Source of the DNA: an uncultured Candidatus Binatia bacterium
GTDB taxonomy: Bacteria; Desulfobacterota; Binatia; Bin18
Length of the DNA stretch: 64,000 bases
Direction of reading: 5' to 3'
Assembly: GCA_965218395.1 (NCBI GenBank)
Contig: OZ244620.1
Span: forward strand, 1,669,268-1,733,267
Under the pieces are notes generated by a model. That model ran no database searches and was not told the DNA's origin. It saw only the letters and a list, made by a program, of their open reading frames with translations. The translations under genes were made by a program, and so were the position numbers. Each line of letters opens with the position of its first letter. Position 1 is the first letter of the stretch. Positions 38,382 to 47,475 of the stretch are shown in pieces.

Positions 38382-40166
38382 CTAGGTTCCGCTTGCTCTC
38401 GACGTCCGCTTTGTCTGGATTTCTCCGCCAAGAATGTCCAGCGCGGTTCTGACGAGAGGGTCTACCGAGCCTGCCGAGTCCTGGGTGCTCTTGGGCGGCC
38501 GGCCTTCCTCCCCTGCTGGTGAGCCGGGCTGTTGTGTGGCCGGCCCGGGTCTGTCCTTTTGCACCTCAACGCTGAGCCTGCGTCCGAAAAACTGTTCGGC
38601 AGACTCCTCCAAAACGGTCCGATTCTCTTGGCGCAACAACTCTTTCAGATAGGGGTCCTTGTCCACGCCAATCTGTAAAGCGGTTGGGGTCAGGTCGAGC
38701 AAATAGCCCGCCTTCAGGGCAAAAAAGAGCGATATTTTCCTGCTCCGCACCGTCGCCAGAAAGCCGTCCCACTGCTCGCCCTGTTCCAGGTGTTCTACGG
38801 TACCGCTCGTAACAGGCGCCGACACAGGCACGGCGGCAGGATCGGGGGGGGGAGCGGGCTGAGCTGCCTCCTCGGCTTGTGGCACTGTGGTTGGGGGCGT
38901 ACTCAGGTCGGTAGAGTCCTTTGAGTCCTTTGAGTCCTTGAGACCCGAAGGCCCAATAGACCCAGCTGAGGCGGCAGGTCGAAAGCGCTGCTGTCTTGTC
39001 GGGGCCGGGCGGCTACCGCTGCCGAATTGGTGTTGCAACTCTTCCAGTGTGGCCAGGGCTTCCTGAATCGGGAGCACCGGCGGCTGACTGGCCAGCTTGA
39101 CCAGCGCCATCTCAATGACGAGCTGGGTATAGGCCGACTTCCGCACGGCTTCTTCCGTCTCCAACAGCGAGGCAAAGAAGCGCTGGAGATCTTCTCGTGA
39201 GCGCAGGGCGGCCTGTTTGCGGACGATCTCAACCTCGTGATCGGGCAGATCGGCCAGAATAGACACGTCAGCACTTACTTTGGCAACCACGAGATCGTGG
39301 AAGTGGGTGAGCAGATCGTGACACAGCCGACGCGGGTCATAGCCGTATTGGTACAGATCCCCGGTCAGCCGGAGCACCTGAGCCGGGTCTTCGGCCAGGA
39401 TCGCCTCAACCACCCGAAACAGGGCCTGGCGGTCGGCCACGCCCAGGGCGTCTCTGACCGCCGTCTCATCGACCCGGCCGTTGCTCCACGCCACCACCTG
39501 GTCGAGGAGCGATTCGGCATCGCGCAGGCTCCCGTCGGCCTCCCGCGCCAGCAGGGCCAGCCCGGCCTCATCGCACTCAAAGCCTTCGGCCTGGGTGAGG
39601 TGCCGGAGTTGCTGTATGAGGTCGCGCAGGGGGATGCGCTTGAAGTCGTAGCGCTGACAGCGCGACAGAATCGTCTGCAAAATTTTATGCGATTCCGTGG
39701 TCGCAAAAATGAATTTGACATGCGCCGGCGGCTCTTCCAGGGTTTTCAGCAGGGCGTTGAAGGCGGCATTTGAGAGCATGTGGACTTCGTCGATAATGAC
39801 CACCCGAAAACGGCCCGTGGCCGGTCGATACTGCACCCCTTCGGTCAAATCTCGCACATTGTCCACGCCGGTATGCGAGGCGCCGTCGATTTCCAGGACG
39901 TCGATGGCGCTGCCGTTGGTGATCTCCTCGCACTGGCTACAGGCGTTACACGGGTCCGGCGTCGGCCCCTGTTCACAATTCAGGGCTTTGGCCAAGAGCC
40001 GGGCGGTGGTCGTTTTGCCCACCCCGCGCGGCCCGGTAAACAGGAAGGCGTGCGCCACGCGCTCGCTGCGGATGGCATTCCGCAAGGTGCGCGTGACATG
40101 TTCCTGCCCAATGACGTCGTCGAACGTCTGAGGGCGCCACTTCCGGGCAAGAACGAGATAGCTCAT
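38382..40166 (-). CDS. dnaX: DNA polymerase III subunits gamma/tau
   Basis: GPRGVGKTTTAR Walker A, zinc module CNACSQCEEI, SRC motif; the proline-rich C-terminal linker carries an in-frame repeat insert (GLKDSKDSKDSTD). Confidence 0.9.
   Translation of the reverse strand: MSYLVLARKWRPQTFDDVIGQEHVTRTLRNAIRSERVAHAFLFTGPRGVGKTTTARLLAKALNCEQGPTPDPCNACSQCEEITNGSAIDVLEIDGASHTGVDNVRDLTEGVQYRPATGRFRVVIIDEVHMLSNAAFNALLKTLEEPPAHVKFIFATTESHKILQTILSRCQRYDFKRIPLRDLIQQLRHLTQAEGFECDEAGLALLAREADGSLRDAESLLDQVVAWSNGRVDETAVRDALGVADRQALFRVVEAILAEDPAQVLRLTGDLYQYGYDPRRLCHDLLTHFHDLVVAKVSADVSILADLPDHEVEIVRKQAALRSREDLQRFFASLLETEEAVRKSAYTQLVIEMALVKLASQPPVLPIQEALATLEELQHQFGSGSRPAPTRQQRFRPAASAGSIGPSGLKDSKDSKDSTDLSTPPTTVPQAEEAAQPAPPPDPAAVPVSAPVTSGTVEHLEQGEQWDGFLATVRSRKISLFFALKAGYLLDLTPTALQIGVDKDPYLKELLRQENRTVLEESAEQFFGRRLSVEVQKDRPGPATQQPGSPAGEEGRPPKSTQDSAGSVDPLVRTALDILGGEIQTKRTSRASGT
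38908..38963. repeat. family-2 dispersed repeat copy (TCGGTAGAGTC CTTTGAGTC CTTTGAGTC ... CCCAATAGACCC) inside the dnaX linker coding region
   Basis: Shares the TCGGTAGAGTC, GAGTCCTTTG and CCCAATAGACC blocks with copies at 45028-45136 and 48951-49039. Confidence 0.5.
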
Positions 40167-40234
40167 ACCATAGCCGACGGTTTGGGGTTGTCCGGTGTGC
40201 TACGCCGGGGTGTCACTCTCCCCACGCGGTGTCA

Positions 40235-40282
40235 AGAGTAAACGTGTCAACATCTGCATGTTTGAGGACACGTTTACTCTTT
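40235..40282. repeat. family-1 palindromic element, copy e, in the dnaX 5' leader
   Basis: AAGAGTAAACGTGTC ... GGACACGTTTACTCTTT, loop AACATCTGCATGTTTGA. Confidence 0.65.
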
Positions 40283-40297
40283 GAGGATGAGCCGGGC

Positions 40298-40416
40298 GTC
40301 AGTGGTGATAGCTAGGCTACCCTGCGGCACAGGGAGAATTCCGGTACCGCTGCTTCCTTCCGGACCTGACGGATTTCCCGGCTTCCCTTGCGCAGGACCT
40401 AGCTATCACCACTGAC
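40298..40416 (-). ncRNA. ffs: signal recognition particle RNA (4.5S/ffs type)
   Basis: Minus strand contains GUCAGGUCCGGAAGGAAGCAGC and UGUGCCG...GGGUAGCC (domain IV motifs), closed by a 19-bp terminal helix GUCAGUGGUGAUAGCUAGG/CCUAGCUAUCACCACUGAC. Confidence 0.75.
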
Positions 40417-40502
40417 GGAGAGGGAGGGATTCGAACCCTCGGTACCGTGAGGTACACACGATTTCCAGTCGTGCCCGATCGGCCTGACTCTGGCACCTCT
40501 CC
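40416..40502 (-). tRNA. tRNA-Ser (anticodon GGA), class II with long variable arm; CCA not encoded
   Basis: Acceptor GGAGAGG/CCTCTCC, anticodon loop CTGGAAA, variable stem GTACC...GGTAC, T-arm GAGGG-TTCGAAT-CCCTC. Confidence 0.8.
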
Positions 40503-40796
40503 CATACATAGGCCCATCCTCCAGGGCCGCGCGTGTGCAAGAGGTTTACCACCTCCCCAGTCCTCCTGCAAGGAAGGGACGAGGCAACACCGTGCGGTCT
40601 GACGGACCGAGCCCAGCGGCCCGAAAAAGCGAACCTCAAGCAGGGGCCGCAGCTCCGTGTCGGGCGTCCGGGGAGCTGGTGCTTGGGGTTGTTGACACCG
40701 TGCCGGGCCTCTGTATCTTGTGCCGAGGGCACTGGGCAGACGACAACACCATAATACGCTGCCCAGCGTGGCTGTCGGAGTTGACACGAGCGAGCT

Positions 40797-41150
40797 ATGG
40801 ATCAATACGTTCCCGTCCTGATTGCGCTGATCCTGGGTGGGGTTGTGGCCCTGGTCATGACCTTTGCGAGCACGCTGCTCGGCGTCAAAACCCACTCGGC
40901 GGTCAAGGACGAACCGTTCGAGTGCGGCAATCCACCCAGCGGTTCTGCGTGGGGTCGCTTTTCCGTCAAATTCTATCTCGCCGCCATCCTCTTCATTGTC
41001 TTTGATGTCGAAGTGGTCTTCCTCTATCCCTGGGCGGTCGTCTTCCGCCAGTTGGGCCTGTTCGGCTTCATGGCCATGTTACTCTTCGTGCTCGTGCTGG
41101 TTGTGGGTTTGGTCTATGAGGTGAAAAAGGGGGGGCTGGAATCGACCTGA
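40797..41150 (+). CDS. nuoA: NADH-quinone oxidoreductase subunit A
   Basis: Three-TM NuoA pattern ending ...VYEVKKGGLE. Confidence 0.9.
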   Translation: MDQYVPVLIALILGGVVALVMTFASTLLGVKTHSAVKDEPFECGNPPSGSAWGRFSVKFYLAAILFIVFDVEVVFLYPWAVVFRQLGLFGFMAMLLFVLVLVVGLVYEVKKGGLEST

Positions 41151-41167
41151 CCAGCCCGTAGGCAGAC

Positions 41168-41677
41168 ATGGCTGAAGCAGACATTCTCTCCCATATCGAG
41201 ACGGCCTTGCCCGGCACGATACAAGAGCGGCACTCCTCGCACGGGAACGATACGATTGTCATCGACCGGGCAGACCTGTCGACTGTTTTGAGCCAGCTCA
41301 AGGCGCAGCCGGATTTTGCCTTCAACCTGTTGCTCGATATCACCGGGGTCGATTTTTTCGGGAAAGAGCCGCGCTTCGAGGTCGTCTACCACCTCCACTC
41401 ACTGACACATAACCATCGCCTGCGGGTCAAAGTCCGACTCACGGAGGAGAGTGCCCAGTTGCCCTCGGCGGCGTCGGTCTGGAAGTCGGCAGACTGGCTG
41501 GAGCGCGAGGTCTGGGACATGTTCGGGATTAGGTTTACCGATCATCCGGATCTGCGTCGGATTCTGATGTACGAAGAATTCCGCGGCCATCCGCTCCGCA
41601 AAGACTATCCGGTCAACAAACGTCAACCCCTGGTCGAAGAACGCGACCCCATTACCAATCCATGGCATAAAGGGTAA
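41168..41677 (+). CDS. nuoC: NADH-quinone oxidoreductase subunit C (30 kDa); follows nuoA directly with no nuoB between
   Basis: ERE(V/A)WDMFGI motif; 17-nt gap after nuoA. Confidence 0.85.
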   Translation: MAEADILSHIETALPGTIQERHSSHGNDTIVIDRADLSTVLSQLKAQPDFAFNLLLDITGVDFFGKEPRFEVVYHLHSLTHNHRLRVKVRLTEESAQLPSAASVWKSADWLEREVWDMFGIRFTDHPDLRRILMYEEFRGHPLRKDYPVNKRQPLVEERDPITNPWHKG

Positions 41678-41683
41678 CAACCT

Positions 41684-42910
41684 ATGGCGGAAGCCGCGGC
41701 CGACCTGCTTCGTGCGCAAAAAGACGTTGCTGAACACGACCCCACCTCTGAAATCATGGAATTGCAGATGGGTCCGTCCCATCCGGCAACCCACGGTACA
41801 ATCAAATTCAACCTCACCCTGGACGGGGAAAAAATCCTCAACTGCGAGGTCGAGATCGGCTATCTGCACCGCGGCTTTGAGAAGATGTGTGAGCAGCGCA
41901 CCTGGAATCACTGCATCCCCTACACCGACCGCCTGAATTACGCCTCGCCGCTCATCAATAACGTGGCCTTTGCCTTAACCGCCGAACAACTGCTCGACGT
42001 TGAGGTCCCGGAACGCTGCCAGTATATCCGGGTCATCATGAGCGAGATCTCCCGGATTACCGACCATTTGACGTGTCTGGGCATGGCCGCGGCTGAAGCC
42101 GGCGCGATTTCCGTGGGCTTCTATCTGATGGAAGCGCGTGAGACCCTGTACGACCTGGTCACGGCCGTGACCGGCGCCCGCCTGACGGTCAGCTATGCCC
42201 GGGTCGGTGGTGTCACGCACGATCTGCCGCAGGACTTTGACGAGCGCGTGCGGACTGCATTCACTGACATACGTCACCTCCTGGGTGACTGTGACAAGCT
42301 GCTGTCCAAGAATCGTATATTCATTGACCGTATGTCCGGGGTTGGCATCATGTCTCCGGAAGACGCGATTTCGTACAGCCTCACCGGTCCGCTACTGCGC
42401 GCAACCGGCGTCCCCTACGATGTGCGCAAGGCGCAGCCCTACTCGGGCTACGAGCGTTTTGAGTTTGACATCCCGACCGGGACCCAGGGCGACAATTACG
42501 ACCGCTTTTCCGTGCGCTTTGAGGAAATTAAACAGAGCATGCGGATTATCGACCAGGCCCTGAACGGCATTCCGAGCGGCCCGATTCGGATTGACGACCC
42601 GCAGATTAGCCTGCCTGAAAAAAAGCAGGTATACGGCAATATCGAGGGTCTGATGAACCATTTCAAGCTGGTCATTGAGGGGGTTAAAATTCCACCCGGC
42701 GAGGCGTTTCTGAGTGTGGAAGGTGCCAACGGCGAACTCAGCTTTTATCTCGTCAGTGACGGCAGCGGTCGTCCCTATCGCGTCCGGGTTCGTCCGCCCT
42801 GTTTTTTCGGCATGGCGGCGCTGGGCGATATGTTACGCGGCTGTCTGATCTCCGACATTATTACGACTTTTGGTATGGTCAATATGATAGGCGGGGAGTG
42901 TGACCGCTAA
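41684..42910 (+). CDS. nuoD: NADH-quinone oxidoreductase subunit D (49 kDa)
   Basis: GPSHPATHG start motif, RVIMSEISRITDHL, C-terminal ...GGECDR. Confidence 0.9.
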   Translation: MAEAAADLLRAQKDVAEHDPTSEIMELQMGPSHPATHGTIKFNLTLDGEKILNCEVEIGYLHRGFEKMCEQRTWNHCIPYTDRLNYASPLINNVAFALTAEQLLDVEVPERCQYIRVIMSEISRITDHLTCLGMAAAEAGAISVGFYLMEARETLYDLVTAVTGARLTVSYARVGGVTHDLPQDFDERVRTAFTDIRHLLGDCDKLLSKNRIFIDRMSGVGIMSPEDAISYSLTGPLLRATGVPYDVRKAQPYSGYERFEFDIPTGTQGDNYDRFSVRFEEIKQSMRIIDQALNGIPSGPIRIDDPQISLPEKKQVYGNIEGLMNHFKLVIEGVKIPPGEAFLSVEGANGELSFYLVSDGSGRPYRVRVRPPCFFGMAALGDMLRGCLISDIITTFGMVNMIGGECDR

Positions 42911-42950
42911 GGGACGGTGGGAGCCGTCCCGATAGTGCTGAGAGCAGAGT

Positions 42951-43433
42951 ATGGCTGTCCAATTTTCGGAGGAAACGCACAAACGGTTCGAGGAAGTGCT
43001 GACCCGCTATCCAACCAAGCGGGCCGCCATCCTGCCCACCCTGTGGCTGGCGCAGACCGAGTTCGGCTATCTGAGCCCCGCGGCGATGGAGCATGTGGCC
43101 GGTCTGCTCGACCTGTCGCCGGCCTATGTGCAGGGTGTCGCGACCTTTTACACCATGTTCTACAAGGAGCCGATGGGGCAGTGTCACGTACAGGTCTGCA
43201 CCAACCTGTCCTGCACCCTGGTTGGCGCCGAAAAAATTGTCCGCTGCCTGGAAGACCGGCTCGGCGTCAAAGTCGGGCAGACCACCGGCGATAAGGTGTT
43301 TTCACTGAGCGAGGTCGAATGTCTGGGTTCGTGCGGCACCGCTCCGGTTGTCCAGGTCAACGACGACTATCACGAGCAGCAGACCCCGGAGAGCATGCTC
43401 GGCCTGATCGATGAGTTGGCAAAACAGGCCTGA
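42951..43433 (+). CDS. nuoE: NADH-quinone oxidoreductase subunit E (24 kDa, 2Fe-2S)
   Basis: Thioredoxin-like ferredoxin cysteines CHVQVC...C...CLGSCGTAP. Confidence 0.85.
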   Translation: MAVQFSEETHKRFEEVLTRYPTKRAAILPTLWLAQTEFGYLSPAAMEHVAGLLDLSPAYVQGVATFYTMFYKEPMGQCHVQVCTNLSCTLVGAEKIVRCLEDRLGVKVGQTTGDKVFSLSEVECLGSCGTAPVVQVNDDYHEQQTPESMLGLIDELAKQA

Positions 43434-43441
43434 AACAACCT

Positions 43442-44533
43442 ATGATAGATTTTCTCATCACGTTTAGCCTGACCCTGCTGATGGTGCTGATGGTGCTGAA
43501 TCTCGGCGGGCTGCTGGGGTGGGTAGAGCGCAAAGGCAGCGCGGTTCTGCAAGATCGGATTGGGGCCAATCGAGCCGCCGTGTTTGGAAAACTCCCCTTT
43601 AATCTTGGCATCGTGAACACCTTGGTTGCCGACCCGGTCAAGTTTTTCACCAAAGAAGATTTTATTCCTCCGGGGGCTGACAAGCTGCTGCATACGCTCG
43701 CCCCGGCTATTGGTCTGGTCCCGCTCTTAGCCACCTTTATTGTGATTCCGTTTGGTGACGTGCTCATTGTTGGCGGACGGGAAATCAGGCTCCAGGCCGC
43801 CAATCTGAATATCGGCATTCTGTACGTCCTGGCGATGGTCTCGCTCAGCGTGTACGGCGTTGTCCTGGGCGGCTGGGCCTCCAATAACCGCTGGGCGCTG
43901 CTGGGCGGGATTCGGGGCTGTGCCCAGATGATCTCGTACGAGATTCCCTTGGGGCTGGCGCTCATCGGCGTGGTCCTGGCCTTCGGCTCGCTGGACCTGC
44001 AAGAGATTACGCGCGCCCAGGGTGCGCTGCTTGGCGGCTGGATCCCAGCCTGGGGCATTGTGTATCAGCCCGTTGCTTTTCTGGTCTTCCTGGCCGCCGG
44101 GATGGCCGAGAGTAAACGGGTTCCGTTTGATATGCCCGAGGCCGAGTCCGAGTTGATATCCGGCTATTTCACCGAGTATTCCGGCTCCAAGCATCTCATG
44201 TTCATGCTGAGTGACTTTGTTGAGGTCATTATCGTCGCCGGGCTGATTACCACGCTCTTCTTTGGCGGTTGGCAGGTCCCGTTTCTGCTGCGCGACGGGT
44301 TTCATTTTCCGTGGGGCGGGACACTCGCACTGCCCTCACTCCTGGTGACTTTACTTCAGGTTGGGGCGTTTACGCTGAAGGTGCTCTTCTTCTGTTGGTT
44401 CCAGATCATGATTCGCTGGACCCTGCCCCGCTTCCGCTATGACCAGCTCATCGGCCTGGGCTGGAAAATTCTCCTGCCGCTGGCGCTGGCCAACGTCATG
44501 CTGACCGCGCTGGCTATTCTCCTGTTCGAGTAG
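43442..44533 (+). CDS. nuoH: NADH-quinone oxidoreductase subunit H; follows nuoE directly (no nuoF or nuoG)
   Basis: NuoH/ND1 TM pattern (GWASNNRWALLGGIRG, QMISYEIPLGLAL). Confidence 0.9.
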   Translation: MIDFLITFSLTLLMVLMVLNLGGLLGWVERKGSAVLQDRIGANRAAVFGKLPFNLGIVNTLVADPVKFFTKEDFIPPGADKLLHTLAPAIGLVPLLATFIVIPFGDVLIVGGREIRLQAANLNIGILYVLAMVSLSVYGVVLGGWASNNRWALLGGIRGCAQMISYEIPLGLALIGVVLAFGSLDLQEITRAQGALLGGWIPAWGIVYQPVAFLVFLAAGMAESKRVPFDMPEAESELISGYFTEYSGSKHLMFMLSDFVEVIIVAGLITTLFFGGWQVPFLLRDGFHFPWGGTLALPSLLVTLLQVGAFTLKVLFFCWFQIMIRWTLPRFRYDQLIGLGWKILLPLALANVMLTALAILLFE

Positions 44534-44538
44534 ACGCT

Positions 44539-45027
44539 ATGGATTTCGTGACCTTCTTTGCCTTGGCTATTCCGTTGGTCGTGATCGCGCTCATGGTCAT
44601 CGCCCATCCCAGCCCGGTCTATAGCGCCCTGTTTCTGGTCCTGACGCTTTTTCTGTTGGCGGTCTATTTTCTGTTTCTGGACGCCCATATGGTCGCCGCG
44701 CTCCAGATCATCGTGTACGCCGGGGCGATCATGGTCCTGTTTTTATTTGTGATTATGCTGCTCAATTTGCAGACCGACCCCCAGCCGACACCGCGCCGCG
44801 GCCTGGGCCGAGCGGCCATTATTGGCGGCGTCATCCTGGTTGCGGAACTGGGTCTGCTGCTGCAACGCTCCTCGTCCGAGCAAGCCGAGCGCAGCCTGCC
44901 CGAGAATTTCGGGACGGTCGAAGCCTTGGGGAGTCAGCTCTTCACCACGTATCTGCTGCCCTTTGAAATCACCGGCCTGCTGCTGTTGGTGGCGGTTGTG
45001 GGGGCAGTGGTCTTAGCCAAACGATAG
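44539..45027 (+). CDS. nuoJ: NADH-quinone oxidoreductase subunit J; follows nuoH directly (no nuoI)
   Basis: ND6-like TM protein. Confidence 0.85.
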   Translation: MDFVTFFALAIPLVVIALMVIAHPSPVYSALFLVLTLFLLAVYFLFLDAHMVAALQIIVYAGAIMVLFLFVIMLLNLQTDPQPTPRRGLGRAAIIGGVILVAELGLLLQRSSSEQAERSLPENFGTVEALGSQLFTTYLLPFEITGLLLLVAVVGAVVLAKR

Positions 45028-45136
45028 AAAGAGTAGATGTATGCGTCTGTTGAGTCCTTTGCGTCTGTTGAGTCCTTTGCGTCCGACCCAACAGACTCAA
45101 CACACCCAACAAACCCCATAGACCCAATACTCTTTG
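45028..45136. repeat. compound repeat E1 between nuoJ and nuoK: family-1-like termini (GAAAGAGTA ... TACTCTTTG) enclosing family-2 units (GCGTCTGTTGAGTCCTTT x2, CCCAACAGACTCAA, CCCATAGACCCAAT); its 3' end supplies the GAGGG RBS of nuoK
   Basis: Read from the sequence. Confidence 0.6.
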
Positions 45137-45146
45137 AGGGCGACAG

Positions 45147-45449
45147 ATGGTCCCAATCAGCTATCATCTCATTCTGAGCGGCATCCTGTTCACCATCGGT
45201 GTGACGGGCGTTCTCCTGCGCCGCAATATCATTATTATTTTCATGGCGATTGAACTCATGCTCAACGCCGTCAACCTGTCTTTTGTGGCCCTGGCGCGGC
45301 ATTTCGGCAATATGGACGGACAGATCATCGTGTTCTTTGTCATGTCGGTTGCGGCGGCGGAGGTCGCGGTTGGGTTGGCCATCATCCTGCTCGTTTTCCG
45401 CGGCCGGGAGACGGTCAATGCCGACGAACTCAACCTGATGCGGTGGTAA
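45147..45449 (+). CDS. nuoK: NADH-quinone oxidoreductase subunit K
   Basis: 100-aa three-TM ND4L-like protein. Confidence 0.9.
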   Translation: MVPISYHLILSGILFTIGVTGVLLRRNIIIIFMAIELMLNAVNLSFVALARHFGNMDGQIIVFFVMSVAAAEVAVGLAIILLVFRGRETVNADELNLMRW

Positions 45450-45564
45450 AGCGTATGACACAATTACCGAGTTGTAGGGGCAGGCCCCTGTGCCTGTCCT
45501 CATTCGACATCACGGGCAACCACAGGGGGTTGCCCCTACATCGACCGGGAGTGGTGCTGTAGAG

Positions 45565-47475
45565 ATGGAACATCCGCACGTGGCTGAAGTCGCCGTCCAG
45601 ACGGTCTCGTATCTCCGCTATATCGTTCTCTTTCCCCTGCTCGGGGTGGTGTTCAACCTCTTCTTGGGGCCGCGCTACGGCCGACGGGTCGTGAACTGGG
45701 TGTCGCCGGGCATGGTCTTCCTGGCGTTCTGCTTTGCGTTTGCGGCCTTTGTCCAACTGCCGGACGGCGGCGCCCTGGTCGATAGTGTCTACCCCTGGAT
45801 TTACTCGGGCGCCCTACAGGTTGATATGGTGCTCCGGGTTGACCCCCTGTCCGGCACAATGATCATGGTCATCACCGGCGTCGGCTTTCTCATCCATGTC
45901 TATTCCGTCGGCTATATGGCCCACGACGACGATGTGGTGCGCTACTTTGCCTATCTCAACCTCTTCACCACCGCCATGCTGCTGCTGGTGCTGGGCGATA
46001 ATATCCTGCTGCTGTTCGTGGGCTGGGAAGGCGTTGGCCTGTGCTCCTATTTACTCATTGGCTTTTGGTATACGGACGATGAAAAAGCCAGTGCCGGGAA
46101 AAAGGCGTTTATCGTCAATCGGGTCGGTGATGCCGGTTTTCTGCTGGGCCTGTTTCTGTTGTTCTGGAGTCTGGGCGCCCACGGTATCTGGACGCTGTCG
46201 TTCAGCGAAATCGAAGCCCACGCCTCCGTGTTGCCCGTGCCGACGGTCACGCTTATCTGTCTGCTCTTCTTTGTGGGCGCGGCCGGCAAGTCGGCCCAAA
46301 TTCCGCTCTATGTCTGGCTGCCGGATGCCATGGCCGGTCCCACCCCGGTGAGCGCCCTCATTCATGCCGCGACTATGGTGACGGCCGGCATCTATCTGAT
46401 TGCGCGTATGCATTTCCTGTATTCCCTGTCCCACACCGCCTTAGCCGTTGTGGCCGTGGTCGGCGCCGTTACTGCCCTGTTTGCCGCCACGATTGCCCTG
46501 GTGCAGACCGATATCAAAAAGGTCCTGGCCTACTCAACGGTCAGTCAGTTGGGCTATATGTTTCTGGGGCTGGGGGTGGGCGCGTATGCGGCGGGCGTGT
46601 TTCATGTCATGACCCACGCTTTCTTCAAGGCCCTCCTTTTTCTCGGTGCCGGCAGCGTCATCCACGGCATGAGCGAAGAGCAGGACATCCGCAAGATGGG
46701 CGGGCTGAAAAGTAAGATGCCGACCACCTACGGCACGTTTGCCGTCGGCTGTCTGGCCATTGCCGGCTTTCCCTTGCTGTCCGGTTTTTTCAGCAAGGAC
46801 CTCATCCTGGAACACGCCTTTGGGAGTCCGCACGGCTCTCCCCTGCTGTGGCTGATGGGCACCCTGGGGGCGGGCCTGACCGCCTTCTATATGTTTCGCT
46901 TATTCTTTGTCACGTTCTGGGGCGAAAATCGTTCTGACCCCGAGGTCGCCCGGCATATTCATGAATCGCCCCAAGTCATGACCATACCCCTGGTGGTGCT
47001 CGCCATCCTGTCTTTGATCGGCGGCTATTTTACCCTGCCCGAACTGCTCAGCCCGCTGTACGGCCATGCCCATCCGCAGGTGTCGCCCCTGGTGAAATAT
47101 CTGCCCACCCTGCTTGGGTTGGGTGGGATTGGGCTGGCGTATCGGCTGTATGTGCACGACCCCCCTTTTGTCCCTGGTAGAGGAGGGGCCGACCGCCTCA
47201 GCCGGCAGTTCTCCGGCCTGCACCGGTTGTTGCTGAATAAATATTATGTTGACGAGTTCTACGAAGCGGCGATTGTCCGGCCTCTGCTGGCCGCCTCGGA
47301 CTGGCTGTGGAAGGTGTGGGATACGCTCGTTATTGATGGCCTGGTCAACGGCACGGCGCAGATGATGCAGGCCAACGGCTCGGTCCTGCGCCTGTGGCAA
47401 ACCGGCAATGTCCAGACCTACGCCCTGTCGTTCTGTTGCGGCGCGATCGTGATTCTGGGGTATTATCTGTGGTAA
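45565..47475 (+). CDS. nuoL: NADH-quinone oxidoreductase subunit L
   Basis: ORF 45490..47475; start at MEHPHVAEVAVQ. Antiporter-like TM core plus a long C-terminal amphipathic region. Confidence 0.85.
   Translation: MEHPHVAEVAVQTVSYLRYIVLFPLLGVVFNLFLGPRYGRRVVNWVSPGMVFLAFCFAFAAFVQLPDGGALVDSVYPWIYSGALQVDMVLRVDPLSGTMIMVITGVGFLIHVYSVGYMAHDDDVVRYFAYLNLFTTAMLLLVLGDNILLLFVGWEGVGLCSYLLIGFWYTDDEKASAGKKAFIVNRVGDAGFLLGLFLLFWSLGAHGIWTLSFSEIEAHASVLPVPTVTLICLLFFVGAAGKSAQIPLYVWLPDAMAGPTPVSALIHAATMVTAGIYLIARMHFLYSLSHTALAVVAVVGAVTALFAATIALVQTDIKKVLAYSTVSQLGYMFLGLGVGAYAAGVFHVMTHAFFKALLFLGAGSVIHGMSEEQDIRKMGGLKSKMPTTYGTFAVGCLAIAGFPLLSGFFSKDLILEHAFGSPHGSPLLWLMGTLGAGLTAFYMFRLFFVTFWGENRSDPEVARHIHESPQVMTIPLVVLAILSLIGGYFTLPELLSPLYGHAHPQVSPLVKYLPTLLGLGGIGLAYRLYVHDPPFVPGRGGADRLSRQFSGLHRLLLNKYYVDEFYEAAIVRPLLAASDWLWKVWDTLVIDGLVNGTAQMMQANGSVLRLWQTGNVQTYALSFCCGAIVILGYYLW

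Noticed and set aside
40317-41005. ORFs 40317..40895 (-), 40406..40732 (-), 40533..40754 (+) and 40535..41005 (+) between dnaX and nuoA
   Set aside because: They overlap the SRP RNA and tRNA-Ser genes and the nuoA leader; biased composition and no coding signals.
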